Source: Desulfovibrionaceae bacterium (GTDB taxonomy: Bacteria > Desulfobacterota > Desulfovibrionia > Desulfovibrionales > Desulfovibrionaceae). From it: a DNA stretch of 64,000 nt. The DNA is taken from the NCBI GenBank assembly GCA_040307135.1, contig JAWRKD010000130.1, positions 4,231 to 68,230 on the forward strand, read 5' to 3'. The notes under the pieces were generated by a model. That model was not told where the DNA came from, did no database searches, and saw only the letters and a list, made by a program, of their open reading frames with translations. Shown piece by piece: positions 27,042 to 36,382 of this stretch; the stretch's first letter is position 1; every line of letters begins with the position of its first letter. Position numbers and translations under genes: made by a program.

Positions 27042-28583
27042 ATGCCCACACTGGCCCACGCCCCTGAACGGCACGTGGTCATCGACCGCAGGCCCGGGCA
27101 CTACCTCTGTTTCCCGGACGTCTGCCGCACGGCCGACGGCCGCCTCCTGACGGCGTACAACGAATACGACCAGCACGTGGGCGCGCGCCGCCGCCTCCTG
27201 CTCCGGGAGAGCGCGGACCAGGGCCGCACATGGTCTGCGCCGCGCATGCTGCGCGCGGACGCGAGCCACTGCCCCCGCTTCTCGCAGCTCTCCTCGGACC
27301 AGCTCGTGCTCTCCGACGACTCCGGCCCCGTGCTCCACTGGAGCGCGGACCAGGGCCGCCACTGGGCCGCGGCCCCCATTGCGGGCGTGACCCACGGCCT
27401 GCTGGACCGCATCCTGGAGCTGGACACCGACAGCCTGGCCATGGCCGGGCACATGCACCGGGGGGCCTTTCCCCATCCCAAGACCCGCCAGCCGACCACT
27501 GAGCAAATGCTCTACCGCTCCGCGGACCGCGGCCGCACCTGGCGGCAGCACGCGGTCATCGCCCACGACCCCTGCCTGGTGCTCTGCGAGGCCAGCCTCG
27601 TGCGTCTGCCCGAGGGCCGGCTCCTGGCCCTCATGCGCGAGAACAGCTTCGTTTACGAGCCCATGTACGCCTGCGTCTCGGAGGACGGCGGCGACACCTG
27701 GTCCGAGCCGCAGCCCACGCGGCTCATCGGCCACCGCCCCACCCTGGGCCTGACCTCCGGCGGCAGGCTGTTGTGCACCTATCGCAACGTGGGTCCGGAC
27801 AGCGGCACCTGCGCCTGGCTCGGCAGCCTGGAGGATCTCTGCGGGGAGTTCGCCGTGCACGGCCTGGCCCCGGACCCGGGCAACCCCACGCTCGGCGAGG
27901 ACGGCCTCCTCATCAGGAACGACGCGGGCCCCCAGGCTCCGGCGCGCTACGCCCTGCGGCCGCTCACCGACCCGGAGCGGGCCGTGGCCGAGCTGGAGGC
28001 CCAGGTGCTCTGCCGCGCGGCCCAGGACAAGGGCTGCGGCCTGCGCCTGGGCGTATGGTGGAAGATCTTCCCGGAGCGCATCGTGGCCGACGTGCCGGAC
28101 GCCGAGCCCGTGGCCTTGGAGCCGGACCGCTTCCACACCCTGCGCCTGGTCTATGCCGGCGGCAAGGTGGCCCTGTCCGTGGACGGCGAGGTGCGCCAGG
28201 AGATTCCGGTGAACCCGCGGGCGGCCGACGCCCGGGCCATCGTCTTCGGCACCCGCAGCGCCACGGAGGACAACGGCGGCGAGCACCTCTGGCGGCGCCT
28301 GAAGCTGCGCACCGTGGAGCCGCGCTACGGCCGGGACTACACCTGGACCTGGCACGCGGCCTGGGGCCTGCCCGACGCCTGGGTCCGGAGCCATGTCCTG
28401 GAACTGGCCAACGACCGCCGCGCCCAGTACCCGGACTTCGGCTACTCGGGCTGGTGCGAGCTGGAGAGCGGCCGCTTCTTCGGCGTGTTCCACCACGGCG
28501 GCGGCGAGGAGCAGGACTACGTTCCGGGCCGCAGTTCGCACGTTCGCGGCTGCTGGTTCGAGACGGGAGATTTCGGTAAATAG
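27042..28583 (+). CDS. BNR/Asp-box repeat (sialidase-like beta-propeller) protein with inserted jelly-roll-like domain
   Basis: 513 aa. Asp-boxes SADQGRTWS, SADQGRHWA, SADRGRTWR, SEDGGDTWS. No obvious signal peptide. Confidence 0.7.
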   Translation: MPTLAHAPERHVVIDRRPGHYLCFPDVCRTADGRLLTAYNEYDQHVGARRRLLLRESADQGRTWSAPRMLRADASHCPRFSQLSSDQLVLSDDSGPVLHWSADQGRHWAAAPIAGVTHGLLDRILELDTDSLAMAGHMHRGAFPHPKTRQPTTEQMLYRSADRGRTWRQHAVIAHDPCLVLCEASLVRLPEGRLLALMRENSFVYEPMYACVSEDGGDTWSEPQPTRLIGHRPTLGLTSGGRLLCTYRNVGPDSGTCAWLGSLEDLCGEFAVHGLAPDPGNPTLGEDGLLIRNDAGPQAPARYALRPLTDPERAVAELEAQVLCRAAQDKGCGLRLGVWWKIFPERIVADVPDAEPVALEPDRFHTLRLVYAGGKVALSVDGEVRQEIPVNPRAADARAIVFGTRSATEDNGGEHLWRRLKLRTVEPRYGRDYTWTWHAAWGLPDAWVRSHVLELANDRRAQYPDFGYSGWCELESGRFFGVFHHGGGEEQDYVPGRSSHVRGCWFETGDFGK

Positions 28584-28586
28584 CAC

Positions 28587-28615
28587 TTGGCTGGAACCGG
28601 AGCGCGGGCTATGAT
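28587..28615 (+). promoter_or_regulatory. Candidate sigma-70 promoter for the STAS gene
   Basis: TTGGCT-N17-TATGAT, about 38 nt upstream of the ATG at 28654. Confidence 0.35.
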
Positions 28616-28653
28616 GCCGCCGCCCACAGGGTGAAGGACAAGGAGAAAACCAC

Positions 28654-28983
28654 ATGCAGTTCGAGAGCGCCAAGCAGGGCAAATACATTCTGATCAAGGT
28701 GAGCGGACGCATGGACGCGGCCTCGGCCCCGGAATTCGAGCGCGAATGCGGCAGCTGGATCAGCCAGGGCGAGTTCTTCCTGGCCGCGGATCTCTCCGGG
28801 GTGGATTACCTGAGCAGCGCGGGCCTGCGGAGCATCCTGGCCACGGCCAAGCAGCTCAAGCTCCGCCAGGGCGAAATCCGCTTTTGCGGCCTCACCGGCA
28901 TGGTCCAGGAGGTCTTCGCCGTGTCCGGCTTCGCCTCCATGTTCCAGGTGAGCAAGACCGCGGACGACATCCCGGCCGCATAG
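28654..28983 (+). CDS. STAS-domain anti-sigma-factor antagonist (SpoIIAA-like)
   Basis: 109 aa. ...LIKVSGRMDAASAPEFE...LAADLSGVDYLSSAGLRSIL... The conserved phosphorylatable Ser context is DYLSSAGL. RBS AAGGAGAA. Confidence 0.8.
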   Translation: MQFESAKQGKYILIKVSGRMDAASAPEFERECGSWISQGEFFLAADLSGVDYLSSAGLRSILATAKQLKLRQGEIRFCGLTGMVQEVFAVSGFASMFQVSKTADDIPAA

Positions 28984-28994
28984 CCCCCGGGCGC

Positions 28995-29028
28995 AAAAAA
29001 GGCCGGTCCCCGCAAGGACCGGCCTTTT
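28995..29028. terminator. Bidirectional intrinsic terminator
   Basis: A6-GGCCGGTCC-CCGCAA-GGACCGGCC-TTTT, between the convergent STAS and DsbA-like genes. Confidence 0.7.
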
Positions 29029-29041
29029 GACGTTTCCGCCC

Positions 29042-29878
29042 TCAGGGCCGTTCCGTGGATTTCTTGGCCTTTTTCGCGCATTCCTTGCAGATGGTTCCGT
29101 CCTTCTGGCTGGCCAGGGCCGCGGCCATGACCCCCTCCATCTCCTCCATGGGCACGGCCCCTTCCACCATGACCCCGTTGATGAGGAAGGTCGGGGTGCC
29201 GTCCACGTTGAAGGAAGCCGCCTCCTGCACGTCGCGGGCGATGCGCGCGGTCACCCGCGAATCCTTGCGGTCCCTGGCCACGCGGGCCGGGTCCGCGCCG
29301 ATCTCCTTGAGCATGGCCGTGATGGCCTCCTCGCCGCCCGCTTCCAGGCGGTCGCGGCTGGCAAAGGCCAGGTCGTGGAACTTCCAGGCCAGGGCGTCGC
29401 TGCGCAGGGACAGGGCCTCGAAGGTCTCGGCCAGCTCCATGGAGCCGGGATGCAGGGGCAGGTGCTTGAAAAAGAAGCGCACCTCCCCGGCGTGGCGGTC
29501 CAGGAGACGGTGGATGTTGAGCGCGGCGCGGCCGCAGTAGGGGCAGAGGAAGTCGGAGTAGCCCACGATGGTCACGGGCGCGTCGGGCGCGCCGAGCATG
29601 GGCCGGTCCGCCTCGATGGCGGGCTTGAGGGGATTGGCCAGGGCCTGCTTGAGCCGTTCGGCCTGTTCCTGGACCCGGCGCTCCCGGGCGCCCTCCTCCA
29701 CAGTCTGGAGCACGGCCACCTTGTTCTCCTGGAGCACCTCCAGGACCAGGTCCGGGTTCTCGCGCAGGGCCTCGCGCAACTCCTCGCGCAGGGCCTCGCG
29801 GGACTGCGGCGACTTGGCCGCGCAGCCCCACAGAAGCACAGCGGCCAGCACCAGGCAACAGACAGACCGGACCATCAC
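29042..29878 (-). CDS. DsbA-family thiol:disulfide oxidoreductase lipoprotein
   Basis: 278 aa. Lipobox LLWGC; thioredoxin-fold active site DFLCPYCGRA; ...GTPTFLING. Confidence 0.8.
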   Translation of the reverse strand: MMVRSVCCLVLAAVLLWGCAAKSPQSREALREELREALRENPDLVLEVLQENKVAVLQTVEEGARERRVQEQAERLKQALANPLKPAIEADRPMLGAPDAPVTIVGYSDFLCPYCGRAALNIHRLLDRHAGEVRFFFKHLPLHPGSMELAETFEALSLRSDALAWKFHDLAFASRDRLEAGGEEAITAMLKEIGADPARVARDRKDSRVTARIARDVQEAASFNVDGTPTFLINGVMVEGAVPMEEMEGVMAAALASQKDGTICKECAKKAKKSTERP

Positions 29879-30026
29879 ACCCCTCCGTTCGTTCCGGGCC
29901 GGCGTCTCCGGCCGGTGATCATCCTATCCTTTCCCGGACCTGGGGCCAAGTGCGAAAAAGGGTTCCTTGCGCCGGGCGGCTCCCTCTATTAAGAATGGAG
30001 CCAGAAACTCCTCCCCGGAAGTGCCT

Positions 30027-31190
30027 ATGGAAAGACTGCTGACCCTGCGCTACGCGGCCACCTTGAGTTTCGTGGCCCTGCTGGCCGGACTGGCCTTCTG
30101 GAACATCCACAGCCTTTCGGCCCTGCACCAGGAGTCCGCCTACTTCATGGACCTGGCCGCCAGCCAGATGGGCCTGGTGCAGCGCCTGGCCGCGGATAGC
30201 GTGCGCCTGGACCTGGCCGCAGACCCGCAGGAACGCGCCCGCATCGCCGACTCCGCCCGGCAGATCGCCGAGCGCATCGGCAACAGCCACCTCCTGCTCA
30301 CCGGCGAGGCCGCGCCCCTGCCCGACTACTACCGCTATTCCGGGAGCCTGCGCGCCCTGTACTACAACCAGCCCCTGCTCCTGGACCAGCAGGTGCGCAA
30401 CTACGTCCAACTGGCCCTGAACCTCCTGGCCGAGGCCGACCCGACCCGCCGGGCCAGCCTGCGGGACTCCCTGCTCTATGCGGCCGGGGAGCGGCTGCCC
30501 GAGGCCCTGCGCCTGGCCGCCCGGCTCTACCGCGACGAGGCCAGGACCAAGGCCGCGAATCTGCGTCTGATGGGCCTGGGCATCCTGACCCTGACCCTCG
30601 GCCTGCTCCTGGTGGACCTGACCCTGGTCTTCCGGCCCATGCTGCGGCACGTGACCGCGGCCCGCCAGAGCCTGGGGGAGATGGCCCGCAGGGTCGAGAC
30701 CGCCGCAGCCACGGACAGCCTGACCTCCCTGCTCAACCGGGCCAAATTCAACGAGGTCCTGGAACGCGAGGTCTCCGCGGCCCGGCGCTACGGCAATCCC
30801 CTTTCGCTCCTGCTCCTGGACGTGGATCACTTCAACCGGATCAACAACGACTACGGCCTGGAAACCGGCGACCGGCTCCTGGCCGAACTGGCCCTGCTCG
30901 TGAAGAACAACCTGCGGATCACGGACCACGCCTTCCGCCTCGACGGCGAGGTTTTTGCCGTGCTGGCCACCCAGACCCCCCTGGAGGGCGCGGCGGCCCT
31001 AGGCGAGAAGCTGCGCCGCCTGGCCAAGGGCTTTCTGTTCGGGACGGAACCCCTGACGCTCAGCCTGGGCCTGGCCGCCTTCCGCCGGGGCGACGAACGG
31101 GAGTCGCTCCTTTCCCGCGCGACCGAGGCCCTGAAAGAGGCCAAGGCCAAGGGCCGCGACCGCCTGGAAATCGAGGCGGCCACGGCATGA
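30027..31190 (+). CDS. Membrane sensor with degenerate GGDEF domain (RxxD I-site retained)
   Basis: ATG at 30027 gives 387 aa. N-terminal TM plus helical sensor, a second TM, then DSLTSLLNRAKF...LLLLDVDHFNRINNDYGLETGD...LRITDHAFRLDGEVFAVL (GGDEF replaced by DGEVF; RITD sits at I-site spacing). Confidence 0.8.
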   Translation: MERLLTLRYAATLSFVALLAGLAFWNIHSLSALHQESAYFMDLAASQMGLVQRLAADSVRLDLAADPQERARIADSARQIAERIGNSHLLLTGEAAPLPDYYRYSGSLRALYYNQPLLLDQQVRNYVQLALNLLAEADPTRRASLRDSLLYAAGERLPEALRLAARLYRDEARTKAANLRLMGLGILTLTLGLLLVDLTLVFRPMLRHVTAARQSLGEMARRVETAAATDSLTSLLNRAKFNEVLEREVSAARRYGNPLSLLLLDVDHFNRINNDYGLETGDRLLAELALLVKNNLRITDHAFRLDGEVFAVLATQTPLEGAAALGEKLRRLAKGFLFGTEPLTLSLGLAAFRRGDERESLLSRATEALKEAKAKGRDRLEIEAATA

Positions 31191-32611
31191 CCGTCCTGCA
31201 CTGGCTGTTCTTCGCCCTGGCCACGGCCGCGGACATCTGGGCCGCGGGCCACGCCCTGCTCACCCAGCGCGACCCGCGCACGGCCTGGGGCTGGATCGCG
31301 GTCACCCTGCTCCTGCCCGGCCTGGGGCCGGTGCTCTACTTCCTCCTGGGCATCAACCGCATCGCGGCCCGTGGCCGCAAGCTCCGGCGGCGCTCGCCCT
31401 TCGACATCCAGGACCAGCAGGGGCGGCTCACCGCGGCCGCTCCGGCCACGCTCCCGGAAAACCACCTGGGCGACCTGGCGGCCCTGACCTTCGCCCTCAC
31501 CGGCCGCTCTCTGGTTGCCGGCAACAAGTTGGATTTCCTGGAGAACGGCGAAGAGACCTATCCCCGGATGCTGGCCGCCATCAACGAAGCCCGGGAGCGG
31601 GTCTATCTTTCCACTTACATCTTTGAGGCCAACACCGTGGGCCGCCGCTTCGTGGAGGCCCTGGCCGCGGCCCGCGAGCGCGGGCTGGACGTGCGCGTGC
31701 TTCTGGACGGCGTGGGCGAGTGGACCCAGCTGCCCCTGGCCGGGACCCTGCTCAAACGCCGGGGCGTGCCCCTGGCCCGCTTCCTGCCGCCGCGGCTCAT
31801 CCCGCCCAGCGTGCACCTGAACCTGCGCTGCCACCGCAAGATCCTGGTGGCCGACGGCCGGGTGGGCTTCACCGGCGGCATGAACATCGGAGACCGCTAC
31901 CTGGCGGGACGCAAATGGCGCAAGACCAGGGTCACGGACACCCATTTCCGCCTGCGCGGGCCCATCGTCGCCCAAATGGAGGAGGTCTTCCTCTGGGACT
32001 GGGGCTTCGCCACGGGCCAGGACACCGCTCCGCCCGCCGGGCCGCCCCCGGCCCCGGCCGGGGACTCCGTGTGCCGCGCCGTGGTGGACGGCCCCAGCGA
32101 GGACCTGGACCGGCTGGTGGACGTCTATTGCGCGGCCATCGGCGCGGCCCGCGAGCGGATCCGGATCATGACCCCCTATTTCCTGCCCCCGAGGGAGCTG
32201 GTGGCCGCCTTCCACTTGGCCGTGAAGCGCGGCGTGGAGATATCCATCATCCTGCCCGCCACCAACGACCAGGCCGTGGTGCACTGGGCCGCCCAGCACA
32301 TGCTCCCGGACATCCTGGACCTGGGGGCGCGGGTCTATTTCCAGCCCCCGCCCTTTGCCCACACCAAGCACCTCATGGTGGACCAGGGCTACGCCGTCCT
32401 GGGCTCGGCCAATCTGGACCCGCGCAGCCTGCGGCTCAATTTCGAGCTGGGCCTGGAGGTCTTCGACCCGGGACTGACGAAGATTCTCATTGCCCATTTC
32501 GAGAAAATCCGCCATGGCTCCCGCGAACTGACCGCGGAGGCGCTGGCCGGGCGCTCCCTGCCCCTCCGCCTGCGGGACGCGGCCTGCTGGCTCTTCTCGC
32601 CCTACCTCTAG
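31187..32611 (+). CDS. cls: Cardiolipin synthase (PLD superfamily)
   Basis: 474 aa. Two HKD motifs (HRKILVADGRVGFTGGMNIGD and HTKHLMVDQGYAVLGSANLD). Two N-terminal TM helices. The start overlaps the upstream stop (ATGA). Confidence 0.9.
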   Translation: MTVLHWLFFALATAADIWAAGHALLTQRDPRTAWGWIAVTLLLPGLGPVLYFLLGINRIAARGRKLRRRSPFDIQDQQGRLTAAAPATLPENHLGDLAALTFALTGRSLVAGNKLDFLENGEETYPRMLAAINEARERVYLSTYIFEANTVGRRFVEALAAARERGLDVRVLLDGVGEWTQLPLAGTLLKRRGVPLARFLPPRLIPPSVHLNLRCHRKILVADGRVGFTGGMNIGDRYLAGRKWRKTRVTDTHFRLRGPIVAQMEEVFLWDWGFATGQDTAPPAGPPPAPAGDSVCRAVVDGPSEDLDRLVDVYCAAIGAARERIRIMTPYFLPPRELVAAFHLAVKRGVEISIILPATNDQAVVHWAAQHMLPDILDLGARVYFQPPPFAHTKHLMVDQGYAVLGSANLDPRSLRLNFELGLEVFDPGLTKILIAHFEKIRHGSRELTAEALAGRSLPLRLRDAACWLFSPYL

Positions 32612-32677
32612 GCAGGGGCATTGACACCGGGCAGGGAAGGTTTAGTTTGAAGACCGCGGGCCGAGCCCGCCCATACG

Positions 32678-33583
32678 ATGCTGAAGTTCCTGACGGCCGC
32701 ATGCGGCCTTGCCATATTGCTCCTGGCCCTGCCCGGGGAAGCCCTGGCCTGGGGGCCCGGCGTGCACCTGGCCGCCGGCGGAGCCATCCTGGCCAACCTG
32801 GACCAGGTTTCGCCGTTCATCGCCGACATCCTGGCCCGCTACCGCGACCTCTTCCTCTACGGCTGCATCAGCGCGGACATCTTCATCGGCAAGGGCTCGC
32901 GCATCCACGACAGCCACAGCCACAACTGGACCACCGGCTTCAGCCTGCTGGAGTCGGCCCGCGACCCGGGGCTGCGGGCCTACGCCTACGGCTACCTCTC
33001 GCACCTGGCCGCCGACACCGTGGCCCACAACTACTACATCCCGAACATGCTGGCCGCCGCGCCCCACCGCGGCAAGCTGGGCCACGTCTTCCTGGAGATG
33101 CAGGCCGACCGCGCCGTGGACTGGAATCCGCGCAACGCCCGCCGCCTGTTCTCCGGCTCCGTGGGCGAGGCCGACCACATCCTGCTGGCCACCCTGAACA
33201 AGAACCGCCTGCCCTTCCTGCTCAAGAAGCAGGTCTTCATGGGCAGCCTGCGGGTCTGCGGCCGCAAGACCCTGACCTCCTCCCTGGACCTCATCGGCCG
33301 CAACCTGCACTGGACCGGCTCCTCGGCCTACCTGGCCGAGATGCTCGACCTCTCCCTGCGCGTGGTGGCGGACTTCTTCACCTTTCCCAAGGCCTCGCCG
33401 GCCCTGGCCCTGGACCCCATCGGCAGCCGCAACCTGGAGGCCGCGCGCCGCCTGGCCCGGCGCAGGAAGCCGCCGCAAGGCGCGCTGCCGCACATGTTCC
33501 AGGTGGACGGCTGCCTGGCCTGCCTTCCGCCGCTGGTTCAGCCGGAACCCGGCCAGGACCGCGCCCCGGCCGTGAACCAGTAG
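32678..33583 (+). CDS. Zinc-dependent phospholipase C-like secreted protein
   Basis: 301 aa. Signal peptide ending ALA-WGPGVH (mature N-terminal Trp/His typical of the Zn-PLC fold). HSHNW, YLSHLAADTVAHN. Confidence 0.65.
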   Translation: MLKFLTAACGLAILLLALPGEALAWGPGVHLAAGGAILANLDQVSPFIADILARYRDLFLYGCISADIFIGKGSRIHDSHSHNWTTGFSLLESARDPGLRAYAYGYLSHLAADTVAHNYYIPNMLAAAPHRGKLGHVFLEMQADRAVDWNPRNARRLFSGSVGEADHILLATLNKNRLPFLLKKQVFMGSLRVCGRKTLTSSLDLIGRNLHWTGSSAYLAEMLDLSLRVVADFFTFPKASPALALDPIGSRNLEAARRLARRRKPPQGALPHMFQVDGCLACLPPLVQPEPGQDRAPAVNQ

Positions 33584-33611
33584 CCCCAGGCGGGAACCAT
33601 CCCGCGCCCAG

Positions 33612-34859
33612 ATGCCCGAACCCGTCATGCCGCTCCCGGAAACCCCCGGCCGCCTCGCGGCCCTGGGCCGCTCCTTCCGCCACCGCAACTACCGGCTGTT
33701 CTTCTCCGGCCAGGCCATCTCCCTCATCGGCACCTGGATGCAGAGCGTGGCCCTGTCCTGGCTCCTCTACCGGCTCACCGGCTCCAGCCTGGAATTGGGC
33801 CTGCTGGGCTTCGCCTCCCAGATCCCGGTCTTCCTCCTCTCCCTGGGGGGCGGGGTCCTGGCCGACCGCCTGGACCGCCACCGGCTCCTGGTGGGCACCC
33901 AGGTGGCCTCCATGATCCAGGCCTCCATCCTGGCCGGGCTCACCCTGGCCGGGCACATCGCCACCTGGCACCTCTACGTCCTGGCCACCCTGCTGGGCTG
34001 CATCAACGCCGTGGACATCCCGGTGCGCCAGTCCTTCATCGTGGAGCTGGTGGGCAAGGAGGACCTGCACAACGCCATCGCGCTCAATTCCTCCATGTTC
34101 AACGCCGCCCGCGTGGTGGGTCCCTCGGTGGCGGGCATCCTGGTGGCGGCCATCGGCGAGGGCTGGTGCTTCCTGATCAACGCCGTGAGCTTCCTGGCGG
34201 TCATCGCCGGGCTGCTGGCCATCCGCCTCACCCCGCGCGCCGCGGCCCAGGGGCCGGCCTCGGTCCTGGCCCACCTGGCCGAGGGCTTCCGCTTCGCCTG
34301 GACCACGCCCTTTGTGCGGGCCGCCCTGCTCCTGCTGGGAGCGGGCGGGCTGCTGGGCTCCTCCTACATGACCCTCATGCCGGTCTTTGCGGGCGAGATC
34401 CTGAACACCGGCGCCCGCGGCCTGGGCATCCTCCTCTCCGCGGCCGGGGCAGGCTCCCTGGCCGGGGCCCTGAGCCTGGCCGCCCGGCGCCAGAGCGCGG
34501 GCCTGTCCCGCCTGGTCCTGGGCGCGGCCCTGGGCTTCGGGGCCTGCCTGGCGGTCTTTCCCCTGTCCCGCGACTTGCGCATTTCGGCCCTGATCCTGGT
34601 GCCCGCGGGCTACTGCATGATCGTGTTCATGGCCGGCGCCAACACCCTGCTCCAGCTCCGGGTGCCGGACGCGCTGCGCGGCCGGATCATGGCCTTCTTC
34701 TCCATGATGATCATCGGCATGACGCCCTTCGGCGCGCTCCTTTCCGGAAGCCTGGCCCACTGGCTCGGCGCGCCGGTCACGGTGAGCCTCTCCGGCCTGG
34801 CCATCCTCGTGGTGACCGTCCTGTTCGGGAAAAAAATCAGGCAGGCCGATACGGCCTAG
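33612..34859 (+). CDS. MFS transporter (EntS/MFS_3-like)
   Basis: 415 aa. About 12 predicted TM helices. N-terminal FRHRNYRLFFSGQAISLIGTWMQ..., GGVLADRLDRHR motif. Confidence 0.85.
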   Translation: MPEPVMPLPETPGRLAALGRSFRHRNYRLFFSGQAISLIGTWMQSVALSWLLYRLTGSSLELGLLGFASQIPVFLLSLGGGVLADRLDRHRLLVGTQVASMIQASILAGLTLAGHIATWHLYVLATLLGCINAVDIPVRQSFIVELVGKEDLHNAIALNSSMFNAARVVGPSVAGILVAAIGEGWCFLINAVSFLAVIAGLLAIRLTPRAAAQGPASVLAHLAEGFRFAWTTPFVRAALLLLGAGGLLGSSYMTLMPVFAGEILNTGARGLGILLSAAGAGSLAGALSLAARRQSAGLSRLVLGAALGFGACLAVFPLSRDLRISALILVPAGYCMIVFMAGANTLLQLRVPDALRGRIMAFFSMMIIGMTPFGALLSGSLAHWLGAPVTVSLSGLAILVVTVLFGKKIRQADTA

Positions 34860-36382
34860 GCCGCGGGGCCGGAATCCGGGCGGGTCTCGCCCCGGAAGGA
34901 CACGGTCATGGTCGTGCCGCTCTGCTCGTCGGTCTTGCAGACGATATGCGCGCCGTGGGTCTGGGCCACCAGGGCGGCGAAATAGGCGCCCAGGCCCGTG
35001 CCCCCCTCCTTGCCGAAGGTCACGTACTTCTCGAATATGCGCCGCCGGATCTCCGCGGGCACGGCCCGGGCGTTGTGGATGGAGACGCGCGGGGCGGCGC
35101 CGCGCTCCAGGCTGACGCGCACCACGCCCTCCCGCTCCGAGGCCTCGATGGCGTTCTGCATGAGGTTGCGCAGCATGGCCCGCAGCAGGGCCGTCTCGCC
35201 AGAAACCAGGAAGGTCTCACGGCCCTCCACCTCCCGGTCCTCCAGGAGGATGTTCAGGCGCACGCCCTGGCCCCGCAGGAGCGGGGTGAACTCCTCCTCC
35301 AGGCTGCAGAGAAGCTCCACCAGGTCCACCGGCTCCTTGCGCAGGGAGTAGATGCCCTTCTCCATCTTGAACATGTCCAGGTGGTTGCGGATCATGTCCA
35401 ACATCCGGTAGCCCGCGGCGCGGATGCGCCGCACGTGGTCCTCCTGCTCCGCGCTGAGGCCGCCCTCGCGCAAGAGCAGCTCGGGGTAGCCGATGACCAG
35501 GTTGAGCGTGGACTTCAGGTCGTGGCGGTTGATGCGCTCCACCTCGCTGCGGATCATCTCCGCGCGCTCGCGCTCCCGCATCTCCACCTGGAGCTGCCGG
35601 TTCTTGCGCTCCAGCTCCTCCTGGTTGCTGCGCAGCTCCCGGGTGCGCTCCTCCACCAGCCGTTCCAGGAGCTCGTGCTGACGGCTCAGCCACTGGTCAT
35701 GCTGCTCGATCTTGGCCAGCATGGCGTTGAACTCGGCCACCAGCGCGCCGATCTCGTCGTTGCTGGCGTAGGCCACGCGCTGGGAATAGTCCTTGTTCCG
35801 GCCGATGTCCGCCACCACCTCCTGGAGCCGGTGGATGGGGTCCGTAAGCCTGCGGCGGTAGTAGCGCGCCACGCTGACGCAGACCGCGAACACGATGCCC
35901 AGGATGAGCACGGACCCGCCCAGGTATTCGGCCAGGACCATCCACTGCTCCTCCAGGGAGACGCGCAGGAGCAGGACTCCGGGCCGCGCGCCCGTGGTCA
36001 TGGGCTGGACCACGGTGAGGGCGTTGAACTCCTTGAGCACCTCCGGCTCCGCGGCGGGCTGGAACGCGGGGGGCTCGCGGAACGTGGCGAAGGCCCGGCC
36101 CTCGTCCGTATATACGGCGGCCCCGGCGATGCTCGGCACCCGGCCCAGCATGGCCAGGTTCTCGGCGGCGGCCTGGGGGTCCTCGAAATCCAGGGCCGCG
36201 GCGGTGGAGGCGGCCATGAGCCCGGCCAATGCCTGGGCCTTGTCCTGGGCGTCGCGCCGGTAGTTGTGGAGCATGGGGAACACGCCAAGGGCCAGGCTCA
36301 GGGTGAGGGCCAGCAGGGTCACGCCCAGGATGGCCCCGGTGAAACGGCGGCCCAGGGGGATGAAGCGCTTCTGCTCAGTCAC
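34856..36382 (-). CDS. Sensor histidine kinase (periplasmic CHASE8-like domain, HAMP, coiled coil, HisKA, HATPase)
   Basis: 508 aa with a GTG start overlapping the upstream stop (GTGACTGA). HAMP LTDPIHRLQEVVADIG...DEIGALVAEFNAML; H-box RINRHDLKSTLNLVIGY; N/G boxes LRNLMQNAIEAS...GTGLGAY. Confidence 0.85.
   Translation of the reverse strand: MTEQKRFIPLGRRFTGAILGVTLLALTLSLALGVFPMLHNYRRDAQDKAQALAGLMAASTAAALDFEDPQAAAENLAMLGRVPSIAGAAVYTDEGRAFATFREPPAFQPAAEPEVLKEFNALTVVQPMTTGARPGVLLLRVSLEEQWMVLAEYLGGSVLILGIVFAVCVSVARYYRRRLTDPIHRLQEVVADIGRNKDYSQRVAYASNDEIGALVAEFNAMLAKIEQHDQWLSRQHELLERLVEERTRELRSNQEELERKNRQLQVEMRERERAEMIRSEVERINRHDLKSTLNLVIGYPELLLREGGLSAEQEDHVRRIRAAGYRMLDMIRNHLDMFKMEKGIYSLRKEPVDLVELLCSLEEEFTPLLRGQGVRLNILLEDREVEGRETFLVSGETALLRAMLRNLMQNAIEASEREGVVRVSLERGAAPRVSIHNARAVPAEIRRRIFEKYVTFGKEGGTGLGAYFAALVAQTHGAHIVCKTDEQSGTTMTVSFRGETRPDSGPAA

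Noticed and set aside
34856-34859. The convergent MFS and histidine kinase genes share overlapping stop codons inside a CCTAGG palindrome
   Set aside because: The overlap is real, but it is a trivial consequence of TAG being self-complementary within CTAG. There is no evidence of function. The only point of note is that no terminator separates the two genes.
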